Shown: in pieces, positions 26,030 to 34,735 of the stretch | Position numbering within the stretch: position 1 is the first letter of the stretch | How the letters are laid out: each line of letters begins with the position of its first letter | From: an uncultured SAR86 cluster bacterium | GTDB lineage: Bacteria; Pseudomonadota; Gammaproteobacteria; Magnimaribacterales; D2472 | Direction of reading: 5' to 3' | Length of the DNA stretch: 64,000 nucleotides | NCBI GenBank assembly: GCA_902558095.1 | Contig: CACECP010000006.1 | Span: forward strand, 4,850-68,849 | Notes under the pieces: model-generated | Seen by the model: the letters and a program-made list of their open reading frames with translations, nothing else | The model's database searches: none | Told to the model about the DNA's origin: nothing | Translations under genes and position numbers: made by a program

Positions 26030-27916
26030 TTAAACTTTTCTTTTTGATGATATTAACACTACTCCAGCAAATGCCATTAAAAAAGCAGAAAACCATATCC
26101 ATCTTATTAAAAAATTAATTTGTATGTTTACAATCCAACTTCCATCTTCAAGTTGATCACCTATTGTTAGGTATATGTCTCTAAATGGTGTTATATAAAT
26201 TGCCGTTTCAGTTGTAATTTGCCCCCTTCTAGAATATCTTCTTTTTTCTGGATATAAATTAAAACTTTTGCCATTTTGATCTTCAACAACAAAATTAGCT
26301 TTAACTGAATCATAATTGGGGCCTTTGACTAGATTTAAATCTCTAAAATAAATATTTAAGTCTTTGTATTCTTCATATTCATTTATTTTAATGTTTAAAG
26401 CCCTTTCTGAGCTTAATAAACTATTTAAAGAAATTGATACTAAGAGCAGACCTAAAGCAAAATGAGCAATTGCACTAAATGGATTAAGGTATTTTTTATA
26501 GACAAATGAGCTCCATATCTCTATTAAATATCTAAAGATGATTAATAATCCTGTGAATATAGATAGTAATACGAATATATTTATCTTCTCTAAATTAATA
26601 AATACTATTAGCGTTGCAACAAAAGATAAAAACAATGAAATAAATATGGGATTAATAAAAATTTTTAAATCTAAACTTCTGGACCATTTGGATTCAATTG
26701 AAAAGAATAAAAATATAGAGGCTAATATAACTATTGGAATAAATATTGCATTATAAAAAGGTGCGCCAACACTGATTTTTTGATCATAAAAATATTCATA
26801 AATAAGCGGGTATGTCACTCCTAGCATTATTGAAAAAATTAAAGTTACAAAAAAAATGTTATTTATGGATATAAAAGACTCTTTAGATAATGTTTTTATA
26901 CTTCTATGATTTCTAGTAAGAGAGAATCTTGAAATAAATAGACTTAACGATATTAATATTATGGCAGATATAAATGCTAGCAAATATAAACCCCTCTGCG
27001 GGTCATTAGCAAAAGAATGAACACTATCAATGATTCCAGATCTAACAATAAATGCTCCAAACAAACTCAAAGAAAATACACTAATAGATAAAAGTATGGT
27101 CCAAGTTCTTAAATGTGAAGATTTAATTGAAACACTTAATGAGTGAAGGAATGCTGTTGCAGCTAACCAAGGCATTAAGGCTACATTTTCAACTGGATCC
27201 CAGAACCAATAACCACCCCAACCTAGCTCATAATATGCCCACCAGCTTCCTAATGTTATTCCAATTGTCAGAAAGATCCATGCCATGACTGACCATTTTC
27301 GAACTAATGATTCCCATTTTACAGATGCATCATTATTTATTAGGAATGCCATAGAGCATGCAAATGGAATAACAAATCCTACATAGCCTAAATATAATGT
27401 TGGTGGATGTATTGCTAAAGCAGGATCCTGAAGAACTGGATTAATATCAGCTCCATTAACCGGTGCTATTGGCAATATAGTTACAAAGGGATTTGAAGTT
27501 ATTAGCAAAAATAATAAGAATCCCACTATAACAAGAGATATAATCCCTATTGTTTTTGGTTTAAGTATTTCGGTGTTTTTAATAAATATATTAAAAATAA
27601 AGCCCCACAGTGCTAAAAAAAATATCCATAAAAACATTGAGCCTTCATGAGCGCTCCAGATTGATGAAATCTTATAAAAAATTGGAAGAGCTGAGTTTGA
27701 ATGATTTGCAATATATTGAACACTAAAGTCGTCAGTTATTGCTAGATAAATATAAATAAAAAAAGAGGCAGAAAAAAATAAGAAAGCATGCGAGAAGGTT
27801 TTGCTTATAAGGTTTGTTGTATAAAAAGTGTTTTTAATTGTTAATGCAAACAATCCTGCTAAAAAAAATAATGCAGTAGAAATTATTGCTAAAAAATGAG
27901 ATATCTCAACTATCAT
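26030..27916 (-). CDS. ccmF: heme lyase CcmF
   Basis: Polytopic 628-aa protein with WWD motif WGGYWFWDPVEN. Confidence 0.9.
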   Translation of the reverse strand: MIVEISHFLAIISTALFFLAGLFALTIKNTFYTTNLISKTFSHAFLFFSASFFIYIYLAITDDFSVQYIANHSNSALPIFYKISSIWSAHEGSMFLWIFFLALWGFIFNIFIKNTEILKPKTIGIISLVIVGFLLFLLITSNPFVTILPIAPVNGADINPVLQDPALAIHPPTLYLGYVGFVIPFACSMAFLINNDASVKWESLVRKWSVMAWIFLTIGITLGSWWAYYELGWGGYWFWDPVENVALMPWLAATAFLHSLSVSIKSSHLRTWTILLSISVFSLSLFGAFIVRSGIIDSVHSFANDPQRGLYLLAFISAIILISLSLFISRFSLTRNHRSIKTLSKESFISINNIFFVTLIFSIMLGVTYPLIYEYFYDQKISVGAPFYNAIFIPIVILASIFLFFSIESKWSRSLDLKIFINPIFISLFLSFVATLIVFINLEKINIFVLLSIFTGLLIIFRYLIEIWSSFVYKKYLNPFSAIAHFALGLLLVSISLNSLLSSERALNIKINEYEEYKDLNIYFRDLNLVKGPNYDSVKANFVVEDQNGKSFNLYPEKRRYSRRGQITTETAIYITPFRDIYLTIGDQLEDGSWIVNIQINFLIRWIWFSAFLMAFAGVVLISSKRKV

Positions 27917-28317
27917 TTTTCAATATCTAAATTGGGTGGCATATAATTTTCATCATGCTTAGCTAAAACCTCTTCTGCATAAAATATTTCATCATTAAGA
28001 TATCCTAATGCAACAACCCCACTTCCCTCTTTAAATAAATCTGGAACGATGCCCTCAAATAATACAACTATAGAATTTTCATAATCAGTTATAGTAAAAG
28101 AAATATCTGAAGCATTCCTATCAACTGAACCCTCTAGCACCATTCCGCCAATTTTTATTCTTTTTTTTGTAGGTATATCAACCTCTTTAAGTTCTGAAGG
28201 TGTAAAAAAATAATCTAAATTAGAATTTAATGAATATAGAATCAAAGATACTCCTGAAACAGAAAATAAAAAAACAAAGAAAATACTTAAAAGTCTTTTT
28301 TTTCTAATTGGATTCAT
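27913..28317 (-). CDS. ccmE: heme chaperone CcmE
   Basis: N-terminal anchor and C-terminal LAKHDENYMPP heme-binding His motif. Confidence 0.9.
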   Translation of the reverse strand: MNPIRKKRLLSIFFVFLFSVSGVSLILYSLNSNLDYFFTPSELKEVDIPTKKRIKIGGMVLEGSVDRNASDISFTITDYENSIVVLFEGIVPDLFKEGSGVVALGYLNDEIFYAEEVLAKHDENYMPPNLDIEK

Positions 28318-28471
28318 TTAATTTTTTTATTAATTTTTTAATCTTTAAGTTGTAATTTGCAAATGCATAAACCAAACAAATAACAACAATTGCAACCACG
28401 CTCCAAACATAAATTCCATGACCTGACATATATATGGCTTCTTGAATAGATTTAAATGCTAAATCAAACAT
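28304..28471 (-). CDS. ccmD: heme exporter protein CcmD (55 aa; not in the ORF track)
   Basis: Hand translation: MFDLAFKSIQEAIYMSGHGIYVWSVVAIVVICLVYAFANYNLKIKKLIKKLNESN. The MSGHGIYVW plus single TM matches the CcmD pattern. It overlaps the ccmC stop and the ccmE start. The internal ATG at 28429 is an alternative start. Confidence 0.7.
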   Translation of the reverse strand: MFDLAFKSIQEAIYMSGHGIYVWSVVAIVVICLVYAFANYNLKIKKLIKKLNESN

Positions 28472-29195
28472 AATCTTTTAACCATGATTTGGTTGATTCT
28501 CTTTTTAAAATTTGTACATAGGAGGAAAGAATAACCAAACATATAATTAGTCCAAAAAAGCCTATTATTGAGCCAATCAGAGGGTATAGCATTGACGGAT
28601 CTATACTTGGTTTATCAGTTAAGGTAATTGAGGCCGATTGATGTAAGGTACTCCACCAATCTACTGATTTTTTTATAATAGGTATATTTACAAATCCAAC
28701 TATAACCAACCATGATAAAAGCTTATCTGCTTTTTCATAATTGCTGAATGATGCATGCAATGATATCAACCCTAAATACATTATAAATAAGATAAGTGTA
28801 GAAGTTATTCTTGCATCCCATTGCCACCAAGTTCCCCAAGTTGGTATTCCCCATACAGATCCAGAAAAAAGTGCTATGAATGTAACTATTGCTCCAATTG
28901 GGGCTATTGAAATGATTAAATAAGCTGCAAGTTTTACTCTCCAAACAAGATAGATAACACTAGCTATAGCCATAGCAGCATAAAGAGATTGTGATAGGAA
29001 TGATGCGGGTACATGCAAGTAGATAATCCTATAAGAGTTGCCTTGAACAAAATCCTCTGGTGTAAAAAATAAACCCCACATCAAGCAAAAAATATAGATA
29101 ATCAGCGATGGGTAAAATATATATTTATATGTCCTGTTCATCTGATAAAGGTAAGTCTTTGGTGAGGCAAATTGATGTATAAATTTTTTTATCAC
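28464..29195 (-). CDS. ccmC: heme exporter/handling protein CcmC
   Basis: Trp-rich motif WGIPTWGTWWQWDARIT. Confidence 0.9.
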   Translation of the reverse strand: MIKKFIHQFASPKTYLYQMNRTYKYIFYPSLIIYIFCLMWGLFFTPEDFVQGNSYRIIYLHVPASFLSQSLYAAMAIASVIYLVWRVKLAAYLIISIAPIGAIVTFIALFSGSVWGIPTWGTWWQWDARITSTLILFIMYLGLISLHASFSNYEKADKLLSWLVIVGFVNIPIIKKSVDWWSTLHQSASITLTDKPSIDPSMLYPLIGSIIGFFGLIICLVILSSYVQILKRESTKSWLKDYV

Positions 29196-29222
29196 TTTTA
29201 AACGCGTGCTGGTGTAAAAAAG

Positions 29223-29870
29223 CTACTCCAAGTGTGCTTTTATTACGTAAGATACAATAAAAGGTACTGTGCTAATTATAATAGATAAGCAACCTAATAA
29301 TAAGAGTAAAAGCTCAAGATAATTTATTCCAAATTGAAGAGCTATTATACTTTTACCCAAGACTATCAAAACAGGAAGAGCAATAGGCATTGTTATTAAA
29401 GCACCTAAAACTGAGCCTTTGTTTAGACTAAGCGCACTCCCAAATACAAACAAGTTAAGAAAAATATATGAAGAAATCATAGCTAAAAAAATCACGAAAA
29501 GACTTAAATTTAAATCTTTTGTTATGCCTAATGAAAAAAGAAAGCTAAGAGCAGAAATAGGTAACCCAATCATGATCCAATAAATAAAAATTTTCTTAGC
29601 AATCATGAATGGAAAAGATGATGAAGATATTATTATTTGTTCAAGTGTTCCATCATTGAAGTCCTCTAAAAATATATCTTCCGTAGAAAACATCATACTT
29701 AAAAGAATTGAGATCCATAACAATGAGTAAAAACCTTTTTCTAAATCCTTTTCCAAAAATTCAACAGTCAATGGATATGCAACCATTATTAAAATAAAGA
29801 CGATTATTGGGCCAAGCCAGCTCCTCAATTTCTTTTTTAGTTTTAGATATTCCAAGTAATAGGTTGTCAT
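29223..29870 (-). CDS. ccmB: heme exporter permease CcmB
   Basis: ~215-aa six-helix membrane protein between ccmA and ccmC. Confidence 0.8.
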   Translation of the reverse strand: MTTYYLEYLKLKKKLRSWLGPIIVFILIMVAYPLTVEFLEKDLEKGFYSLLWISILLSMMFSTEDIFLEDFNDGTLEQIIISSSSFPFMIAKKIFIYWIMIGLPISALSFLFSLGITKDLNLSLFVIFLAMISSYIFLNLFVFGSALSLNKGSVLGALITMPIALPVLIVLGKSIIALQFGINYLELLLLLLGCLSIIISTVPFIVSYVIKAHLE

Positions 29871-29872
29871 GA

Positions 29873-30448
29873 TTATTTTAAATTAAGTATTTTAGAGTCT
29901 ATATTGCAATTAATATGTGAGGTGTAAATTAATGCTTTTCCTAAATTGATTTCATTAATTAAGAAACTTTCAACAATATTTTGGGTATATGTATCTAGAC
30001 CAACAAAGGGTTCATCAAGAACTATAACATTGGATTTATTTAAAAAAATTCTTAATAATGCTAATTTTTTTTGTTGCCCAAATGATAAATTAGCAACAGT
30101 CACATCTAAATACTTTTTAAGAGCAAGTTCTTCAAGAAAATTGTTAAGTTTTTCATGCGAATTTAATCCTAATAATATAAGATTATCTGAAACGGTGAGG
30201 TAGTTTTTTAAAGCGTTTTTGTGTCCTAAATAGGATATATTATTGCTTTCGTTATGAGTTAAAGTTCCCTTTGTTTGTTTGGTAATTCCCAAAATAATTC
30301 TAATCAAAGTTGATTTTCCAGACCCATTAGGACCGGATATATGCAATGCCTCTCCTTTGTTGACACTAAATGAAAGATTATGAAAAAGTTTGTTTTCATT
30401 GATCTTGTAAGCTATGTTTTCAGCTTCTATAAGTGATTTAGTATTCAT
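29873..30448 (-). CDS. ccmA: heme exporter ATP-binding protein CcmA
   Basis: Walker A GPNGSGKST, signature-like LSFGQQKK, Walker B VIVLDEP. Confidence 0.85.
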   Translation of the reverse strand: MNTKSLIEAENIAYKINENKLFHNLSFSVNKGEALHISGPNGSGKSTLIRIILGITKQTKGTLTHNESNNISYLGHKNALKNYLTVSDNLILLGLNSHEKLNNFLEELALKKYLDVTVANLSFGQQKKLALLRIFLNKSNVIVLDEPFVGLDTYTQNIVESFLINEINLGKALIYTSHINCNIDSKILNLK

Positions 30449-30963
30449 TTTTGGAATAGATCTAAGTTTTTAGTTCTTATTATAAGAGCTGGAAGTGGAT
30501 TTTGTGGATCAATTCTTGAATAAAATCTTTTTGATAATTCATTGAATGGGGATATTCCAAATTTTCCAATACCTCCAACTGAAAAATATAATCTTTTAGT
30601 AAAATATATACCCTGTTCAATATTAGGTATGCTTCTTATAGAGGAAGATATCTTCTTTAAATTTTGTATAAAGTTATTTTTTCTTTCATCAAATTGAAAC
30701 CACCCCCATGACGATTGATCTATCATAGATATTTTTTTTAATACTTCTTTAGATTTTGTATTCGGAAGTGTGGATGGAGGTAAAAGAACTATAAGGTTTC
30801 CTTTTGAGCTGGATATAATCTTATCCAAAGATTCTTCAAGTGATTTATTATTAGTAAAATTAGCTAGTATGTATTCTTCTTTATCTGATAAAGATGGTTT
30901 TTTAAGGCCTCTTAATCTTTCATATGAACCAAGAATTATGTAAGTAATTAATTCTTGGTTCAA
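30445..30963 (-). CDS. hypothetical protein translationally coupled to ccmA
   Basis: 172-aa ORF. Its stop overlaps the ccmA ATG (ATGA). No motif recognised. Confidence 0.5.
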   Translation of the reverse strand: MNQELITYIILGSYERLRGLKKPSLSDKEEYILANFTNNKSLEESLDKIISSSKGNLIVLLPPSTLPNTKSKEVLKKISMIDQSSWGWFQFDERKNNFIQNLKKISSSIRSIPNIEQGIYFTKRLYFSVGGIGKFGISPFNELSKRFYSRIDPQNPLPALIIRTKNLDLFQK

Positions 30964-30969
30964 AATATA

Positions 30970-32262
30970 TTATATCTTCGATAGAGCTTGCTCAAAGTCA
31001 GCAACAATATCATCTACATGTTCCAATCCAATTGAAAGTCTCACGTACCCTGGTGTAATGCCTGCTGCTAACAATTCTTCTTCATTAAGTTGACTATGAG
31101 TAGTACTACCAGGGTGAATAGCAAGGCTTCTTGAATCACCAATATTCGCCACGTGGTATACCATTTCTAAAGCATTGATAAACTTTTCACCTGCTTCTCT
31201 TCCACCCTTAACCTCAAAGCCCATTAAACCACCATTACCTCTGGTTAAATATTTTTCAGCTCTTTCTTTGGCATAACCATCCATTAGAGAAGGATAACTA
31301 ACTCTTTCAACAGAATCATGATTAGAAAGATATTCAGCAACTTTTTCAGCGTTGCTACTATGCTCTCTCATTCTAAGGGCAAGCGTCTCAAGCCCCTGAA
31401 TGAACATAAATGCATTAAATGGACTCATGGCAGCTCCCATATCTCTTAAGATAGTAGTTCTTGCTTTAAGAATATAAGCGATTGGACCAAGAGGTTTTAC
31501 TGCCTCTGTCCAAACTGCACCACCATATGATGGATCGGGAGTATTTAATGCTGGTTGCCGTTCTGGTACAGCCTCCCAATCAAAGTTTCCACTATCAATA
31601 ATTATTCCTCCAATTGATGTTCCATGACCACCAATATATTTTGTTGTTGAATGCATTGAAATAGCTGCTCCATGATCGAATGGCTTACAGATTACTGGAG
31701 CTGCTGTATTATCAACAATCAATGGAATACCTAATGGTCTTCCAATTTCAGCAACTTCAGATATTGGAAATACTTCAAAACTAGGATTAGGTAATACTTC
31801 TCCATAATAAGCTCTTGTTTTATCATCAGTAGCTTCTAAAAAATTATTTGGATCAGCAGGATCTACAAACCTAACTTCAATTCCCATATCAGAAAAAACA
31901 TTCTTAAAAAGATTGTAGGTACCGCCATAAAGATGTGCCGAAGCTACAATATTATCTCCGTTTGTCGCTAAATTTTGTATTGCAACTGTTGAGGCTGCTT
32001 GACCAGATGCAACAGCAAGAGCCCCTACTCCACCTTCAATTGCAGCAACTCTATCCTCAAGGACAGCGCATGTCGGATTCATTATTCTAGAATAAATATT
32101 ACCTAATTCTGATAAGGCAAAAAGATTTGCTGCATGCTCAGTATTATCAAATTGGAAGCTTGTAGTTTGATGAATAGGAACTGCTACTGAGTTAGTGTTC
32201 TCGTCTTTTCTCCATCCAGCATGAAGACCAATTGTTTCTGGATTTGAATATGTTTTGCTCAT
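30970..32262 (-). CDS. metY: O-acetylhomoserine sulfhydrylase (PLP-dependent, Cys/Met metabolism family)
   Basis: 430 aa with the PLP-Lys context STTKYIGGHGTSIGG. The N-terminal HAGWRKDENTNSVAVPIHQTTSF is typical of MetY/MetZ. Confidence 0.85.
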   Translation of the reverse strand: MSKTYSNPETIGLHAGWRKDENTNSVAVPIHQTTSFQFDNTEHAANLFALSELGNIYSRIMNPTCAVLEDRVAAIEGGVGALAVASGQAASTVAIQNLATNGDNIVASAHLYGGTYNLFKNVFSDMGIEVRFVDPADPNNFLEATDDKTRAYYGEVLPNPSFEVFPISEVAEIGRPLGIPLIVDNTAAPVICKPFDHGAAISMHSTTKYIGGHGTSIGGIIIDSGNFDWEAVPERQPALNTPDPSYGGAVWTEAVKPLGPIAYILKARTTILRDMGAAMSPFNAFMFIQGLETLALRMREHSSNAEKVAEYLSNHDSVERVSYPSLMDGYAKERAEKYLTRGNGGLMGFEVKGGREAGEKFINALEMVYHVANIGDSRSLAIHPGSTTHSQLNEEELLAAGITPGYVRLSIGLEHVDDIVADFEQALSKI

Positions 32263-32395
32263 TGAAAGTACTCCTCTATACGTCGTATATATTTATCTAT
32301 AAGTATAGTAAATTATGCTTAATTACGACACCCTAATTAAAAAGATATACTGGTATATTAATCACAAATAATTATAATTAGCGAAGGAAATTATT

Positions 32396-32794
32396 ATGGC
32401 AAAAAAATACACAAACTTTAGAATTGGTGGTTCTCCTCAAAAAGTAACCGATGACTACACCGTATGGTCAAATGATCTTCTTCAGAGAATTATTGCAAGT
32501 AAGACTGTTATTCAACCAGGAAAATCAACTATAGGACATAAACTTATTGATTCGGATGTTGTTTATATTATTACTAATGGTAGAGGTACTATGGAGATAG
32601 TAGAATACATGAACTCAGATGAAGGTCATGGCTCTAATCCTTCTTATGGTATAGAACACAAGGATTCATATGAACTCTCCGCAGGCGACGTTGTGCTTGT
32701 TGAATCTGGAGATTATTGCAAGGTTGTTAATGACTCTGATCATGATCAGCTAACTTATCTAAGAATATTTGATAGGGGTGGTTGGAGACAATAA
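32396..32794 (+). CDS. cupin-domain protein
   Basis: 132 aa, beta-rich, with cupin-like G-x-H (STIGHKL) and a GDVVLVESG segment. Weak assignment. Confidence 0.5.
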   Translation: MAKKYTNFRIGGSPQKVTDDYTVWSNDLLQRIIASKTVIQPGKSTIGHKLIDSDVVYIITNGRGTMEIVEYMNSDEGHGSNPSYGIEHKDSYELSAGDVVLVESGDYCKVVNDSDHDQLTYLRIFDRGGWRQ

Positions 32795-33193
32795 ATGCTA
32801 AAAGCACAAATACCTTCGGACAAAATAGCAATGGGATTATCTTTTGCATGCGTTTTACATTGTTTTCTTGCTCCGTCTTTACTAATTTTTTCTTATGGCG
32901 TTTCATCATATTCCATAGAAAGCGAGCTTATACACTATTTGATTTTATTATTAACAATACCAATAAGTATTCTTGCTTTAACGCTGGGTTACAAAAACCA
33001 TAAAACTGTTTCTTTTTTTGTAACGGGTGTTATTGGGCTATCAATTCTTATTCTTGCTGTCCTTTTGGGTGAAGCTATTATCGGTGATTTTGGTGAAAAA
33101 GGATTAACGCTTGTAGGATCTATAATTGTTGCATATGCACATTATAGTAATTTCCGAACATGTCAAAATCTAGATTGCACATGTCACGATTAA
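32795..33193 (+). CDS. MerC-family membrane protein
   Basis: Four TM helices, Cys motif ACVLHCFLAP in helix 1, Cys/His-rich tail CQNLDCTCHD. Starts immediately after the cupin stop. Confidence 0.6.
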   Translation: MLKAQIPSDKIAMGLSFACVLHCFLAPSLLIFSYGVSSYSIESELIHYLILLLTIPISILALTLGYKNHKTVSFFVTGVIGLSILILAVLLGEAIIGDFGEKGLTLVGSIIVAYAHYSNFRTCQNLDCTCHD

Positions 33194-33206
33194 TAATTTT
33201 TAAATA

Positions 33207-34205
33207 CTAATTAAATTCGAATCTCGCAACAATTGGAAGATGATCCGATGCTCCAATTTTTTTCTTTGGATCGAATTTTATAGGTCTACCTGTATCTTGA
33301 TAAACACTGTTTGATGTTGTGTGAACATTGATACTGCCAGGAATATATTTTATACCTCTATTTTTTGACAGGAAGATGGCATCTAAAAAGCTCCAGCTTT
33401 TGTCATAAGCATAATAATGGGTTCCTTTGCAGTCATTACAACCATTTAGGTGGCCTACTAGCCAGTGAGTTTCTTGAGATTTGTAGATATCAAATTTTTT
33501 GTCTTCTTTAACATTAATATTGAAATCTCCTAGTGCTATAGAAGGATAATTATGACTTTTTAAAAGATCTTCTAATGTATTTAGAGAATCAATCCTCATT
33601 GAGACATCATAAAATCCAGAAGGAAAGTGAACATTATATATTTTTAATATTTCGTTATTAACATTCATTGTGACTTCTAGTATTGGTCTAGTATCTTTGT
33701 TTTCATGCTTACCAGTGAAAGAAATATAATGTAGTTTAGAGTCTTCAATTGTAAATTTACTTATAAATGCCGTATCTATGCCTCTATAATCTTTGCCCTC
33801 TATAAGCATGAGATCTTTGTAGCCATGTGGTTCTAGTAAATTAAATAACTGAGTTAGAATATTTAAATTTTCGACCTCTTGAAGAGCTAAAATATCAGGG
33901 CCAGAATTATCATATGCAAGTATAACCTCAACCAAGTTAAATAACTTTGCATTTTTTGTATCCTCATTCCAATCAAGATACAAACATTCGTCCTTCCAGG
34001 CTTTTACTCTGATGTATTGACAGGAGTTTATATGTTTATCTGATTTTTTAAGTTCGATTGGCAAATAAGCTTTATCGTTTTTCTTAGGGTCATCAAGAGT
34101 ATCAAAAAGATTTTGAGTATTAAAAGTCATTGCACTAAATTCAAAACTAAAAATAGATAGAGATGAAGAGAATAATAATATTAATATTAGATTACGCATC
34201 TGCAT
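33207..34205 (-). CDS. secreted endonuclease/exonuclease/phosphatase (EEP) family protein
   Basis: Signal peptide plus EEP motifs LALQEVEN, GDFN and SDHLP. Confidence 0.75.
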   Translation of the reverse strand: MQMRNLILILLFSSSLSIFSFEFSAMTFNTQNLFDTLDDPKKNDKAYLPIELKKSDKHINSCQYIRVKAWKDECLYLDWNEDTKNAKLFNLVEVILAYDNSGPDILALQEVENLNILTQLFNLLEPHGYKDLMLIEGKDYRGIDTAFISKFTIEDSKLHYISFTGKHENKDTRPILEVTMNVNNEILKIYNVHFPSGFYDVSMRIDSLNTLEDLLKSHNYPSIALGDFNINVKEDKKFDIYKSQETHWLVGHLNGCNDCKGTHYYAYDKSWSFLDAIFLSKNRGIKYIPGSINVHTTSNSVYQDTGRPIKFDPKKKIGASDHLPIVARFEFN

Positions 34206-34671
34206 CTTTTATATAGAGTTTGATTTCAAATGGAATTTCAATGTTTAAATTTTGTTCAGAGCATACCTTAGAAATATCAGCAAACTTATCATTTGGAAAA
34301 TTAACAATTTTCCTTTTATTAAGGTCTATGTGTCCCAACACAGTTTCAAAAATTGCTGCAATTTCTGAGTTTTTGTTTTGGAGTATTCCCACAAAATGCA
34401 TTAATTTTTTATTTACTTTGTGTAAAATAAATGAAGGATAAACATATTCATCTAATCTAAATTCTTTTAAATATCTAATATTGTCCTCCAATGTAAAGGT
34501 AGAAAAACCTTTTTCAATATATTCTTGACCAAAATTTAATTCATCAACATAAAAGGATGTATATGTGCTATCAAATAATCTGTAATAATAATTTACATTC
34601 ATATGTCCATTATGGTCACACATTTCTTCTGAAACTTTTATAGCCTTGTGAACATAAGGAAGCGATTTCAT
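34192..34671 (-). CDS. hotdog-fold acyl-CoA thioesterase
   Basis: 159 aa, 4HBT-like N-terminal segment CDHNGHMNVNYYYRLFD. Confidence 0.6.
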   Translation of the reverse strand: MKSLPYVHKAIKVSEEMCDHNGHMNVNYYYRLFDSTYTSFYVDELNFGQEYIEKGFSTFTLEDNIRYLKEFRLDEYVYPSFILHKVNKKLMHFVGILQNKNSEIAAIFETVLGHIDLNKRKIVNFPNDKFADISKVCSEQNLNIEIPFEIKLYIKDADA

Positions 34672-34686
34672 AATGATATTGTATAC

Positions 34687-34714
34687 AAAAAAGCCCAGTA
34701 AAGTACTGGGCTTT
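34687..34714 (-). terminator. intrinsic terminator after the receptor gene 34736..37525
   Basis: Minus strand: GCCCAGTA-CTT-TACTGGGC followed by TTTTTT. Confidence 0.75.
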
Positions 34715-34735
34715 AAACTATTTAATTAACTAAGG

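Noticed and set aside
32263-32395. Possible SAM-type riboswitch in the metY leader
   Set aside because: Only a short AT-rich hairpin (TTAATTA..TAATTAA) is visible. I cannot match any SAM-II/SAM-V pseudoknot consensus by eye, and it needs an Infernal/Rfam scan before any claim.
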